DNA from: Erysipelotrichaceae bacterium
GTDB taxonomy: Bacteria > Bacillota_I > Bacilli_A > Erysipelotrichales > Erysipelotrichaceae
NCBI GenBank assembly: GCA_030604855.1
Contig: JAUVVC010000002.1
Span: 150,001 to 182,000, forward strand
Direction of reading: 5' to 3'
Length of the DNA: 32,000 bases
Of this stretch, positions 8,202 through 15,727 are shown one piece after another. The translations under genes were made by a program, and so were the position numbers. Position 1 is the stretch's first letter. Each line of letters opens with the position of its first letter. The notes below the pieces were generated by a model. The model had not been told where the DNA came from. It saw only the letters and a list, made by a program, of their open reading frames with translations, and did no database searches.

Positions 8202-8843
8202 TTCTTTCAAATACGAATCCACCTCATCCAAGCGATTGAAATATGCGAAGGCAAAATCTTTGATGGCTTGGTTGGGGCGCATGTAATGGGCTAGAAATAG
8301 CCCTTTTGCATTTGCGAGGTAGGAAGCTTGAACCCCATTCAATGTTGAATCCAAAATCGTCATCGTATTAGGTTTGATGTTTCGCAAGCGCGCCAATTTC
8401 AAATAGATATCGGCTTCAGGCTTGGCATTCAATACCTGTTTACTGCTGTAGATACGATCGATATCGAGTTCGATCTTTGCTTTTTCCAATAAGTTTTTGA
8501 TTTGTTCGATGCGATGATTCGTAATGAAATACAAATCAAAGTCTTGAGCCCATTGGACGAGTTTATCAAGATGTTCCTTATTGAATGTCGGTTCCAAAAG
8601 CGAGCTGGACACTACGTTTTGATAGCGGGTGTCCACTTCTTTGACATAGGGTGCGATCGTACGATATTCTCGTTCAAGTTTCTCACGTTTTTCCAAATGT
8701 GCATCGTAGTGACCCATCAGGAATGTATCGGACAATTTGAGTTTATGTTCTTTGGCGATGTTTTTCCAGATGTTTTGCTTGATTTTATAATGTTCAAATA
8801 TAAAGTCGTCGAGGGTGATTACCAGTGTTTTTTTTGTCGTCAT
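8193..8843 (-). CDS. HAD-superfamily-like hydrolase with a non-canonical motif I
   Basis: 216 aa. HAD-like motifs II (YFITNH), III (NAKPEADIY) and IV (ILDSTLNG) are present. Motif I reads VITLDDFIF (L-D-D instead of D-x-D). No SD. The 3' end overlaps the parC stop by 9 nt (convergent). Confidence 0.55.
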   Translation of the reverse strand: MTTKKTLVITLDDFIFEHYKIKQNIWKNIAKEHKLKLSDTFLMGHYDAHLEKREKLEREYRTIAPYVKEVDTRYQNVVSSSLLEPTFNKEHLDKLVQWAQDFDLYFITNHRIEQIKNLLEKAKIELDIDRIYSSKQVLNAKPEADIYLKLARLRNIKPNTMTILDSTLNGVQASYLANAKGLFLAHYMRPNQAIKDFAFAYFNRLDEVDSYLKELL

Positions 8844-8882
8844 GAAAGTATTTTGCCATAAATCAGGAATAAATGGTATTGA

Positions 8883-8913
8883 TTTACACCATAAAACGAT
8901 GCAATGTTATAAT
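8883..8913 (+). promoter_or_regulatory. Candidate promoter of the yqeG operon with extended -10 placed 6 nt before the ATG
   Basis: TTTACA (8883-8888), 19 nt, TGtTATAAT (8905-8913), GATTCT, ATG 8920. Confidence 0.6.
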
Positions 8914-8919
8914 GATTCT

Positions 8920-9399
8920 ATGTTAAAAGCCTACTTCAAACCGGATAGGGTCATAAAAAGGATTAATGAGATCGATTTAGTCGATTTGGTGAAACGATTT
9001 GACTTGATCGTCTTGGATGTGGATAATACATTAGCAATCAAAGGCACGATTCAGATCGATATGGAAACAGATCGTTGGTTGAAAACCTTGAGTGACTTGG
9101 GTGTTCATGTTCTGATTTGTTCAAACAATCCCACCCGTGCGGCAAAAGTGATTGCAGATAGCTATCGTTTTGATTGGTTGAATCTCGCGCTCAAACCCTT
9201 CAAATTCCGTTTCCAAACGAAACTGAAGCAGATGGGCCTCCAATACGAGAGGGGTGTTTGGTTGGGAGATCAGTTGTTTACGGATATTTGGTTGGGGAAA
9301 CGTCTAGGGTTTCATACGATATTGATCGAACCCTTGAGTACGAATGATTACCTGTCAACACGTATCTTACGGTATATTGAAAAGAAAGTAATAAATTAA
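8920..9399 (+). CDS. yqeG: YqeG-family HAD phosphatase
   Basis: N-terminus MLKAYFKPD... aligns with B. subtilis YqeG MLKKFFLPD. Also DVDNTL (motif I), CSNN, LKP and GDQLFTDI. Start moved to ATG 8920, because the track's 8815 start adds 35 non-homologous residues. Confidence 0.85.
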   Translation: MLKAYFKPDRVIKRINEIDLVDLVKRFDLIVLDVDNTLAIKGTIQIDMETDRWLKTLSDLGVHVLICSNNPTRAAKVIADSYRFDWLNLALKPFKFRFQTKLKQMGLQYERGVWLGDQLFTDIWLGKRLGFHTILIEPLSTNDYLSTRILRYIEKKVIN

Positions 9400-9400
9400 T

Positions 9401-10438
9401 ATGGAAAAAAAGACTTGTGTAGGCTGTGGCATCAAACTTCAAACGGTGGATCCCAAGGTTTTGGGCTATACGACACGTGAGGATGCGCAGTATTGTCAGC
9501 GCTGTTATCGAATCAAACACTATGGTGATTTCGCACCCTTGAAGAAGCACAGCGTCCCATCGGATGAGGTGTTTCAGGCGATTGCGATGTTGGAAGGCAC
9601 CATCCTTTTGGTCATTGATGTGACGGATATCGACAGTGGTTTGTTTACCGGAATTCAGAGACATTGCATGAATCGCGATTTCATCATCGTCTTGACGAAA
9701 TTTGATCTGTTGCCTAAAACGGTTACGAAACAACGGATCGTAGGGTATTTGATGAGTAAATTGAGGGATGTGCCGATCAATGTCTTGGGTGTGGCAACGA
9801 CTTCTCATCAAGCGAAACAAGGCGCAAAAGCCTTAGTTCAAGAAATCAAGAAACTTAAGATCAAACGTTTGATCACCTTAGGTTATGCGAACATGGGTAA
9901 GAGCACCTTGATCAATGCGATGTTGGAAAAGGATGATTATCTAACCATTTCACCGTATCCACATACGACCTTGAAGATCAATCAGATCGAGTGGGAACAT
10001 GGCATCATCTTTGATACACCTGGCATCAAGATCGAACACAGTTTCACGGATCTGTTTGAGTTTGACGAATTGGAGAAAGTTCAGATACGTAAAGCTTTCA
10101 AACCTAAGACCTACCAATTGGATTCAGCTCAATCCTTTGTCTTGCCCAAGGTGGGTATCGTCAGTGTGAAGCCGAAAGAAAAGGCTTCGATCACACTTTA
10201 TTTCTCGGACCAATATCCGATTCATCGGACGAAGTTTGAGCGTTTGGAGGCCTATTGTGCGAAGCATGAAGCGGATGCACTCTTTGCGATCAAAGCAAGA
10301 AGATTTGTTCAGGACCAGCCGATTTTGGACATCGTATTCAAACAGTTGGGATGGTTCTATTGTGTTGGGGATTTTGAATGGATTGAAGTCAAAGCCGTTT
10401 ATTTCGATCAAGTCATACAAAGAAAGGCACTTATTTAA
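9401..10438 (+). CDS. yqeH: Ribosome biogenesis GTPase YqeH (circularly permuted GTPase)
   Basis: N-terminal zinc-finger CVGCGIKLQ...YCQRCYRIKHY, a permuted G-domain order (TKFDL before GYANMGKSTLIN, then DTPG), and a position directly after yqeG. Confidence 0.88.
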   Translation: MEKKTCVGCGIKLQTVDPKVLGYTTREDAQYCQRCYRIKHYGDFAPLKKHSVPSDEVFQAIAMLEGTILLVIDVTDIDSGLFTGIQRHCMNRDFIIVLTKFDLLPKTVTKQRIVGYLMSKLRDVPINVLGVATTSHQAKQGAKALVQEIKKLKIKRLITLGYANMGKSTLINAMLEKDDYLTISPYPHTTLKINQIEWEHGIIFDTPGIKIEHSFTDLFEFDELEKVQIRKAFKPKTYQLDSAQSFVLPKVGIVSVKPKEKASITLYFSDQYPIHRTKFERLEAYCAKHEADALFAIKARRFVQDQPILDIVFKQLGWFYCVGDFEWIEVKAVYFDQVIQRKALI

Positions 10439-10725
10439 TGTTAAACAGTAAGCAAAAGAAACAATTGAGAAGTTTAGGCAATCCCTTGAAACCAATTTTC
10501 AATGTTGGTAAAGAAGGTTTGAGTTTGAATTTGATCAGCAGCTTGGAAGATTCTTTAAAGGCACATGAGTTGGTTAAAATCAGCGTGTTGAAGACCGCAC
10601 CGAATCCAGTGATGGAGTTGGCTTTGGATTTGGCTTCATCCACGCACAGTGAGTTGATTCAGGTGGTTGGACGAAGCATCTTATTATATAAGCAAAGCGA
10701 GAAGCGTAAAATCCACTTAACATGA
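10438..10725 (+). CDS. yhbY: RNA-binding protein YhbY/YqeI (CRS1-YhbY domain)
   Basis: 95 aa; LNSKQKKQLRSLGNPLKPIFNVGKEGLS...ELVKISVL is typical of the CRM domain. TAATG overlap with yqeH. Confidence 0.85.
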   Translation: MLNSKQKKQLRSLGNPLKPIFNVGKEGLSLNLISSLEDSLKAHELVKISVLKTAPNPVMELALDLASSTHSELIQVVGRSILLYKQSEKRKIHLT

Positions 10726-11744
10726 GCCAAATCGTTCTTTTCGGAGGAAGTTTCAATCCTGTTCACAAAGGTCATCTTGCGATCGCAAGGGCTGCGTTGA
10801 AGCAATGTCAAGCCGATGCGCTGTGGTTTTTACCGACCTTGAACTCACCTTTGAAAGATGTGGAAATGGCTTCGTTTGAACACCGCTGCCAAATGATTGA
10901 GTTGATGATTGAACCCTATCGAAAATTAAAGCTTTCACGCATTGAAGCAGAGCGTGATGGCGTGAGTTATACCTACGACACGGTCCGTTTATTATTGGAA
11001 CGCTATCCTCAACACAAGTTCACATGGCTGATGGGATCGGATCAGATGGTGAAATTCAATCAATGGTACAAGCATGAAGAACTTCTTGAACTTATTTCGA
11101 TTGCGGTTTATCCACGGGACGTAAGTCACGAGATCACTGCACCTTTCATCAAGATCGAAGCATCCGACATCTACCCGAATGCGAGTCAAGCGATCCGTGA
11201 AGGGAAGGTTCATTATACACAGGCGAGGATCGTCCGCTATTTTATGGAACATGCCTTGTATGTGGAATCGATCGTGAAACACAGTTTGAGTGAAGCACGT
11301 TTTGAACATGTTCATGCGATGACGGACTTGGCTCTACGTTTAGGGGATGTGCATCATTTGGATCGAACACAGGTGTATCTGGCCGCAATGTTGCATGACA
11401 TTGCAAAAGAATGGCCGAAATCGAAATTGCGTCAATGGCTGCAGTTTGCGCATCCGAACTACTTGGATGAAGCGCCTGCACTCTGGCACCAAAAAGTGGG
11501 TGCAGCCTATGCAGCCCGTGTCTTGCAGGTGCAGGATTCAAATATCATCAAGGCGATTGCGCATCATGTGGAGGGCCATTCGGATCCTTTGTCCCAAGTC
11601 ATTTATATTGCGGATAAATGTGATGCGACGCGTGCTTATGATGCGACGGAACTGATAAATTTAGCGATGCTTGATTTGAAGCGAGCCTATCGCATCGTAA
11701 GAATGACACAAATGGAATATCTAGATAAGGAGAAGAACATTTGA
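10722..11744 (+). CDS. nadD: Fusion protein: nicotinate-nucleotide adenylyltransferase NadD + YqeK HD-domain hydrolase
   Basis: N-terminal half carries GGSFNPVHKGH (HxGH nucleotidyltransferase motif) and NASQAIREG (ISSTxIR-like). C-terminal half carries RFEHVHAM...LHDIAKE...AHHVEG (HD domain, YqeK family). It is one uninterrupted 340-aa frame with an ATGA overlap to yhbY. Confidence 0.85.
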   Translation: MSQIVLFGGSFNPVHKGHLAIARAALKQCQADALWFLPTLNSPLKDVEMASFEHRCQMIELMIEPYRKLKLSRIEAERDGVSYTYDTVRLLLERYPQHKFTWLMGSDQMVKFNQWYKHEELLELISIAVYPRDVSHEITAPFIKIEASDIYPNASQAIREGKVHYTQARIVRYFMEHALYVESIVKHSLSEARFEHVHAMTDLALRLGDVHHLDRTQVYLAAMLHDIAKEWPKSKLRQWLQFAHPNYLDEAPALWHQKVGAAYAARVLQVQDSNIIKAIAHHVEGHSDPLSQVIYIADKCDATRAYDATELINLAMLDLKRAYRIVRMTQMEYLDKEKNI

Positions 11745-12067
11745 ACGAACTGAAAGCTTTTGTGGAATTTCTAGAAGACAAGAAGGCAGAAAAGATCACG
11801 GTACTTGATTTACGATCGACATCGTCGATTCAAGATTATGCCATTATTGCGGAAGTGGGGAATCCACGGCTCTTGAATGCCATCAAGGATTATTGCATCG
11901 AGTTTGGTGAGTCGTTGGGATATAGCGTCCATCATGTGGAAGGACAGCTCGAGAGTGAATGGATGCTTATTGATTTTGATACCCTTGTCCTGCATTTGTT
12001 TCTAAGTCAATCGCGTCAATTCTATCGATTGGAAGATTTATGGTTGGACAAGATCATAAAACCATGA
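11741..12067 (+). CDS. rsfS: Ribosome silencing factor RsfS (YqeL/Iojap)
   Basis: 108 aa; ITVLDLR...DYAIIAEVGNPRLLNAI...EGQLESEWMLIDFDTLVLHLF matches the Iojap family. TTG start with AAGGAG upstream, overlapping the nadD/yqeK stop. Confidence 0.85.
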   Translation: MNELKAFVEFLEDKKAEKITVLDLRSTSSIQDYAIIAEVGNPRLLNAIKDYCIEFGESLGYSVHHVEGQLESEWMLIDFDTLVLHLFLSQSRQFYRLEDLWLDKIIKP

Positions 12068-12750
12068 GGTCGTTTGCGGACTACTATCATGCGTTGACCT
12101 TCAGTCAAGAAGGCTATGAAGACTATCTAAAATGGTTGAAGAATGAAGCCAAGGGTCAACGTTTGCTAGAATGTGCCTGTGGAACGGGATATTTTAGCAA
12201 GCTCTGCGCTGAGAATGGTTTTCAAGTGGATGCTTTGGATCTTGACTCAGGCATGATTGCGTATGCGAAGCGATGCAATCCACACTCCAATGTACGTTAT
12301 TTTTGTCAAGACATGTTGGATTTACGCGGATTTGATGAGTATGACGTAATCGTAGTTTTCTTGGACAGTTTAAACTATCTTCAAGATGAACAGGAAGTTG
12401 AAGGATTCTTCAAAGAAGTCTACAAACATCTGAGAACTGGAGCTTGTCTGTTGTTCGATGTTCATCAAGAACGTAGAATTGAAGAGTTTCAAGATGAGTT
12501 CATTGAAGAGGGCTATGTATTAAATGTTCCTTATCAATGGACGATTCAAACAATGGACACGAATAAAATCCAACACCAACTCGTATTTTATGAAGAAACC
12601 CTTAAAAAAAAGGTGTTTACCCAGACGATCTTTAAACTTCAGGAAATCAAGCGCATGTTGGAAGCTTTGAATTTCACCTTTGAGATCAAATCTCACTTAT
12701 CAGAATCATCGTTTGATGAAAAATATTACATAAAAGCAAGGAAGGATTAA
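12064..12750 (+). CDS. Class I SAM-dependent methyltransferase
   Basis: Motif I LLECACGTGYFS and motif II-like VIVVFLDSLNYL. Start chosen at ATG 12064 (ATGA overlap with rsfS, matching the pattern of the operon). ATG 12040 is an alternative. Confidence 0.75.
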   Translation: MRSFADYYHALTFSQEGYEDYLKWLKNEAKGQRLLECACGTGYFSKLCAENGFQVDALDLDSGMIAYAKRCNPHSNVRYFCQDMLDLRGFDEYDVIVVFLDSLNYLQDEQEVEGFFKEVYKHLRTGACLLFDVHQERRIEEFQDEFIEEGYVLNVPYQWTIQTMDTNKIQHQLVFYEETLKKKVFTQTIFKLQEIKRMLEALNFTFEIKSHLSESSFDEKYYIKARKD

Positions 12751-12752
12751 GC

Positions 12753-13442
12753 ATGTACGCAATCATTGGTGCCATGGATGAAGAAGTCAGTGCACTTCAT
12801 CATCGCATGCAGGATGTAGAACAAAAAACGATTGGACCTGTTGATTTTCTGTTTGGGAAATTAGGAAGAAAAGAAGTTGTCCTATTTAAAAGTGGAATCG
12901 GGTTAAGTATGGCGGCTATGAGCACAAGCATCTGCCTCAGTCACTTTAAGATCGATGCGGTGATCAACATCGGAACCGCAGGGGGTTTGAAGCCTGAGCA
13001 AAATGTTTTGGACATCGTCGTCAGTGACAAAATCACGTATCATGATTTCGACATCACACCGTTTGGGAATGAACGAAATTTCAGCAATCGCAATCGTTAT
13101 GTCTTCAAAAGCGATCCGAAGATGATCGATGTCTTCAAACAACTGGAATTGGATCACCCCGTATGGATTGGTCCTTTGGTCTCTGGCAATCAGTTCATTC
13201 ATTCCGATGAACAATTATCGACGATTGAGAAATACTATCCTGAGGCCATTGCGGCAGAAATGGAGGGGGCTGCGATCGCACATGTATGCGCGAGTTTCAA
13301 TTGTCCCTTCATTGTGATACGTTCGCTCTCGGATATCGCTCGTCAAGCAAAGAATGATCTGACGTTTGATGAATACTTGATTCAAGCCAGTGAGCGGAGT
13401 GCGGGCTTCACAGAAGCCTTCATTACGATGTTTGCTGAATAA
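12753..13442 (+). CDS. mtnN: 5'-methylthioadenosine/S-adenosylhomocysteine nucleosidase
   Basis: 229 aa; MYAIIGAMDEE, GIGLSMAAMST, NIGTAGG, AAEMEGAAIAHVC and IRSLSD are typical of the MtnN/Pfs family. SD AAGGAAGGA. Confidence 0.9.
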   Translation: MYAIIGAMDEEVSALHHRMQDVEQKTIGPVDFLFGKLGRKEVVLFKSGIGLSMAAMSTSICLSHFKIDAVINIGTAGGLKPEQNVLDIVVSDKITYHDFDITPFGNERNFSNRNRYVFKSDPKMIDVFKQLELDHPVWIGPLVSGNQFIHSDEQLSTIEKYYPEAIAAEMEGAAIAHVCASFNCPFIVIRSLSDIARQAKNDLTFDEYLIQASERSAGFTEAFITMFAE

Positions 13443-13446
13443 AAAG

Positions 13447-13472
13447 ATGGACAGTTCCAGTGAACTGTCCAT
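13447..13472. terminator. Hairpin terminator between convergent mtnN and the 175-aa minus-strand gene
   Basis: Perfect 11-bp stem ATGGACAGTTC / GAACTGTCCAT with loop CAGT. The T-tract (CTTTTT) follows on the minus strand. The U-tract on the plus strand is poor (TAGTTTGTG). Confidence 0.7.
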
Positions 13473-13999
13473 TAGTTTGTGTATTCATCCAACCACAAAT
13501 GGTTTTGAATCATCCAATTCTTGAGATCATACTGAGTGAAATTCATCGCATCATTCCACTCCAAGACTGAGAGAATATTAAGTTTTCCATCAACTTTGCT
13601 CAATACGACGAAGGCAGGGAAGTGAGAGAACCCCAATCGTTCTTTGATGGCGGATGGAAGGACGTTTTGATTGAGCTCTTTCACATCGACGAAGTAGATC
13701 TGCTCAAAGCGTGTTGTGCTCGCACTCTTAAGCAAGGGCTCAATGATCTCATTTTCTGTGTATGTGCAATTTTGGTTCCCCAAGGTGCAAAAGAAGAATG
13801 CCTTTGGGCTTTCATCGACTTGATTGAGCAGATCGATGTAATCGATCTTAACGACGTTCAAACTGTCATAGGGTTCCAAAATTTGTTCATCCGGCTTAAA
13901 ATAGTTGAAGAGAAACACACCAACCAGAATAAGGAATATGAGGGATAAGAATAAGAGACGAATGAGTTTTAGCATGGTTTTCGCTTCAAATTTTAGCAT
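13472..13999 (-). CDS. Membrane-anchored hypothetical protein, possibly thioredoxin-fold with an altered active-site spacing
   Basis: 175 aa with an N-terminal TM anchor (LIRLLFLSLIFLILVGVFLF). The ectodomain has FFFCTLGNQNCTY where Trx-like proteins have CxxC, and a later FPAFVVL strand typical of the fold. No SD. ATG 13975 is an alternative start; ATGCTAAAA occurs at both. Confidence 0.4.
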   Translation of the reverse strand: MLKFEAKTMLKLIRLLFLSLIFLILVGVFLFNYFKPDEQILEPYDSLNVVKIDYIDLLNQVDESPKAFFFCTLGNQNCTYTENEIIEPLLKSASTTRFEQIYFVDVKELNQNVLPSAIKERLGFSHFPAFVVLSKVDGKLNILSVLEWNDAMNFTQYDLKNWMIQNHLWLDEYTN

Positions 14000-14011
14000 G
14001 AGACGCTTTTT

Positions 14012-14041
14012 TTAGCAAACCTTGAAAGGCTTTGATATAAT
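14012..14041 (+). promoter_or_regulatory. Candidate promoter with extended -10 placed 7 nt before ATG 14049
   Basis: TTAGCA (14012-14017), 18 nt, TGaTATAAT (14033-14041), TAGGGAC, ATG. Confidence 0.55.
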
Positions 14042-14048
14042 TAGGGAC

Positions 14049-14519
14049 ATGAATGTGTATAAACGAAGCATGACACTTTATCTATTCCTTGCGATCACTG
14101 TAATTTTAAGTATGAATTTCATCGTATTCATTTTAAGTCCAGCCAATCAATTGTCGAACACGCAAGCAAGAATCATGGAAAAGTTGTTTGACCGTTATGC
14201 GATTGAACGGTGTCAAACAATCCATCGTTACCAGTATTCACGGGTGATGTATGTATCAAATTGTCGCATCAACGATGTGGACACGTTCATCTTTTTTGAT
14301 CATAATGGCATCACCCATCAAACAATGGTTGTAGATCCGATGAAGATCAGCATGGATCATGAAGCTCTGGTGCGTGATTGGGAGCTTAAGGATGCGAAGA
14401 TGACGGTCATCTATGAAGGTGGCAAAGTGTTGTATCGCATTCAATCACAAACGATGGAGTATTTGTTTGATTACAATGATCTTTCATTGGTAAAGAAAGT
14501 GAGACTGACCTATGCTTGA
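14049..14519 (+). CDS. Membrane-anchored hypothetical protein (size and topology resemble B. subtilis YpmB/TseB PepSY-like proteins; weak call)
   Basis: One N-terminal TM helix (LYLFLAITVILSMNFIVFIL) followed by about 120 extracytoplasmic aa. The stop overlaps the dnaD start by 8 nt. Start placed at ATG 14049 because an extended -10 lies 7 nt upstream. The track's TTG 14022 lies upstream of that box and has no SD. Confidence 0.45.
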   Translation: MNVYKRSMTLYLFLAITVILSMNFIVFILSPANQLSNTQARIMEKLFDRYAIERCQTIHRYQYSRVMYVSNCRINDVDTFIFFDHNGITHQTMVVDPMKISMDHEALVRDWELKDAKMTVIYEGGKVLYRIQSQTMEYLFDYNDLSLVKKVRLTYA

Positions 14520-15060
14520 GCGAATATGGGAAAAGATATATTTTGATCGTAAAACGTTCTTATTGGAAGAAAATGATCGAATCAAATTGAATCCAACTGA
14601 ATTGGTGGTCCTGCTTTATGTCGAACATTTTAATCAAAGTCGCCAAGCGATTGATTTGAATCTACTCGCTTCAAAAATGCAGATCAATACCACACAGATC
14701 GATCAAACCATGACGGGTCTGATTCAACGTGGTTTCATCAGCTTGGATATAAGTGACACGGGTGTGAATTATCGATTGGATGGTGTTTATCAGTTTGAGG
14801 ATAAAGTGGAATCCACCGAACTCAAATCCTTGGTTGATATGTTTGGGGATGAATTCAAACGACCCCTTACGAGCAATGAGACTGAAAAATTGGATTATTG
14901 GTTGATCAAATGTGGTTATGATTATGTCGTTCATGCCTTGCGTGAAGCGGTCATCTATCGGCAATTGAAGTTTCCCTACATCGATCGAATTCTTAATCAG
15001 TGGTTGAAAGATGAACTTACGCTGGATGATTTGAATGCCGGTAAGCGCAATGCAAAATAA
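14512..15060 (+). CDS. dnaD: DNA replication initiation / primosome protein DnaD
   Basis: 182 aa with a winged-helix-like N-terminus. The C-terminal DnaD/DnaB-type domain carries the conserved YxxxIxxxW motif (YIDRILNQW). The gene sits immediately upstream of nth, as in B. subtilis. Confidence 0.8.
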   Translation: MLERIWEKIYFDRKTFLLEENDRIKLNPTELVVLLYVEHFNQSRQAIDLNLLASKMQINTTQIDQTMTGLIQRGFISLDISDTGVNYRLDGVYQFEDKVESTELKSLVDMFGDEFKRPLTSNETEKLDYWLIKCGYDYVVHALREAVIYRQLKFPYIDRILNQWLKDELTLDDLNAGKRNAK

Positions 15061-15703
15061 GCTTCGCTTCGCTTTGGATACGATGTACCGCATGTATCCG
15101 AATGCGTGTTGCGAACTGGACTTCACAACAAATGAGCAATTGGCGATTGCCGTCATCTTAAGTGCTCAAACAACGGATGTTTCTGTAAATAAAGTGACGC
15201 CGCAACTTTTTCAGAAGTTTCCGACGATGACTGCATTGGCAGAGGCGAGCATTGAGGAAGTTGAAGATACCATCAAAACCATTGGTCTTTATCGAAACAA
15301 AGCTAAACACATCAAACACTTCGCCCAACAACTTGTTCAGAATCATGCGGGAATATTGCCAAAGGATGAACAGACACTGACCTCGCTTTCGGGAGTAGGG
15401 CGTAAGACAGCGAATGTCATCATGGGTGTCGCATTCCAACACCCCGCATTAGCGGTGGATACACATGTCTTTCGCGTCGCGCATCGCTTAGGCTTGGTGA
15501 CACAAAAAGCCAACGTCTTACAGACTGAACTACAACTCAAACGAAAGATTCCCAAACCAGAGTGGATCGATGCGCATCATGCGATGTTGTTCTTTGGCCG
15601 ATACCATTGTTTGGCACGTCAGCCAAAATGTGATGAGTGTCCTTTAAAAGAGATGTGTACATACTATAAACAAAACAAAACGACTCGTTCTAAAGCAGAA
15701 TGA
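15035..15703 (+). CDS. nth: Endonuclease III (DNA-(apurinic or apyrimidinic site) lyase)
   Basis: HhH-GPD motif LTSLSGVGRKTANVIM, catalytic region VDTHVFRV, and a C-terminal 4Fe-4S cluster motif CLARQPKCDECPLKEMC. ATG 15050 is an equally plausible start. Confidence 0.9.
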   Translation: MPVSAMQNKLRFALDTMYRMYPNACCELDFTTNEQLAIAVILSAQTTDVSVNKVTPQLFQKFPTMTALAEASIEEVEDTIKTIGLYRNKAKHIKHFAQQLVQNHAGILPKDEQTLTSLSGVGRKTANVIMGVAFQHPALAVDTHVFRVAHRLGLVTQKANVLQTELQLKRKIPKPEWIDAHHAMLFFGRYHCLARQPKCDECPLKEMCTYYKQNKTTRSKAE

Positions 15704-15720
15704 GTCGTTTTAAGTCTTTT
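15677..15720. terminator. Bidirectional terminator between convergent nth and ponA
   Basis: 14-bp stem (AAAACGACTCGTTC / GAATGAGTCGTTTT, one G-U pair) with loop TAAAGCA. T-tracts follow on both strands. The 5' arm lies within the last nth codons. Confidence 0.65.
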
Positions 15721-15727
15721 ATTATTA

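Noticed and set aside
9278-9820. 180-aa minus-strand ORF spanning the yqeG/yqeH junction, and similar antisense ORFs at 10124-10495, 10992-11541, 12903-13472, 14671-15156 and 15158-15555
   Set aside because: They overlap well-supported sense genes with clear family motifs. There are no independent expression signals, and the composition is typical of antisense frames.
13966-14000. Direct repeat of TTTTAGCATG (13966-13975 and 13991-14000)
   Set aside because: It simply creates two in-frame ATGCTAAAA start options (MLKF.../MLKL...) for the 175-aa minus-strand gene. It is too short and isolated to call a repeat element.
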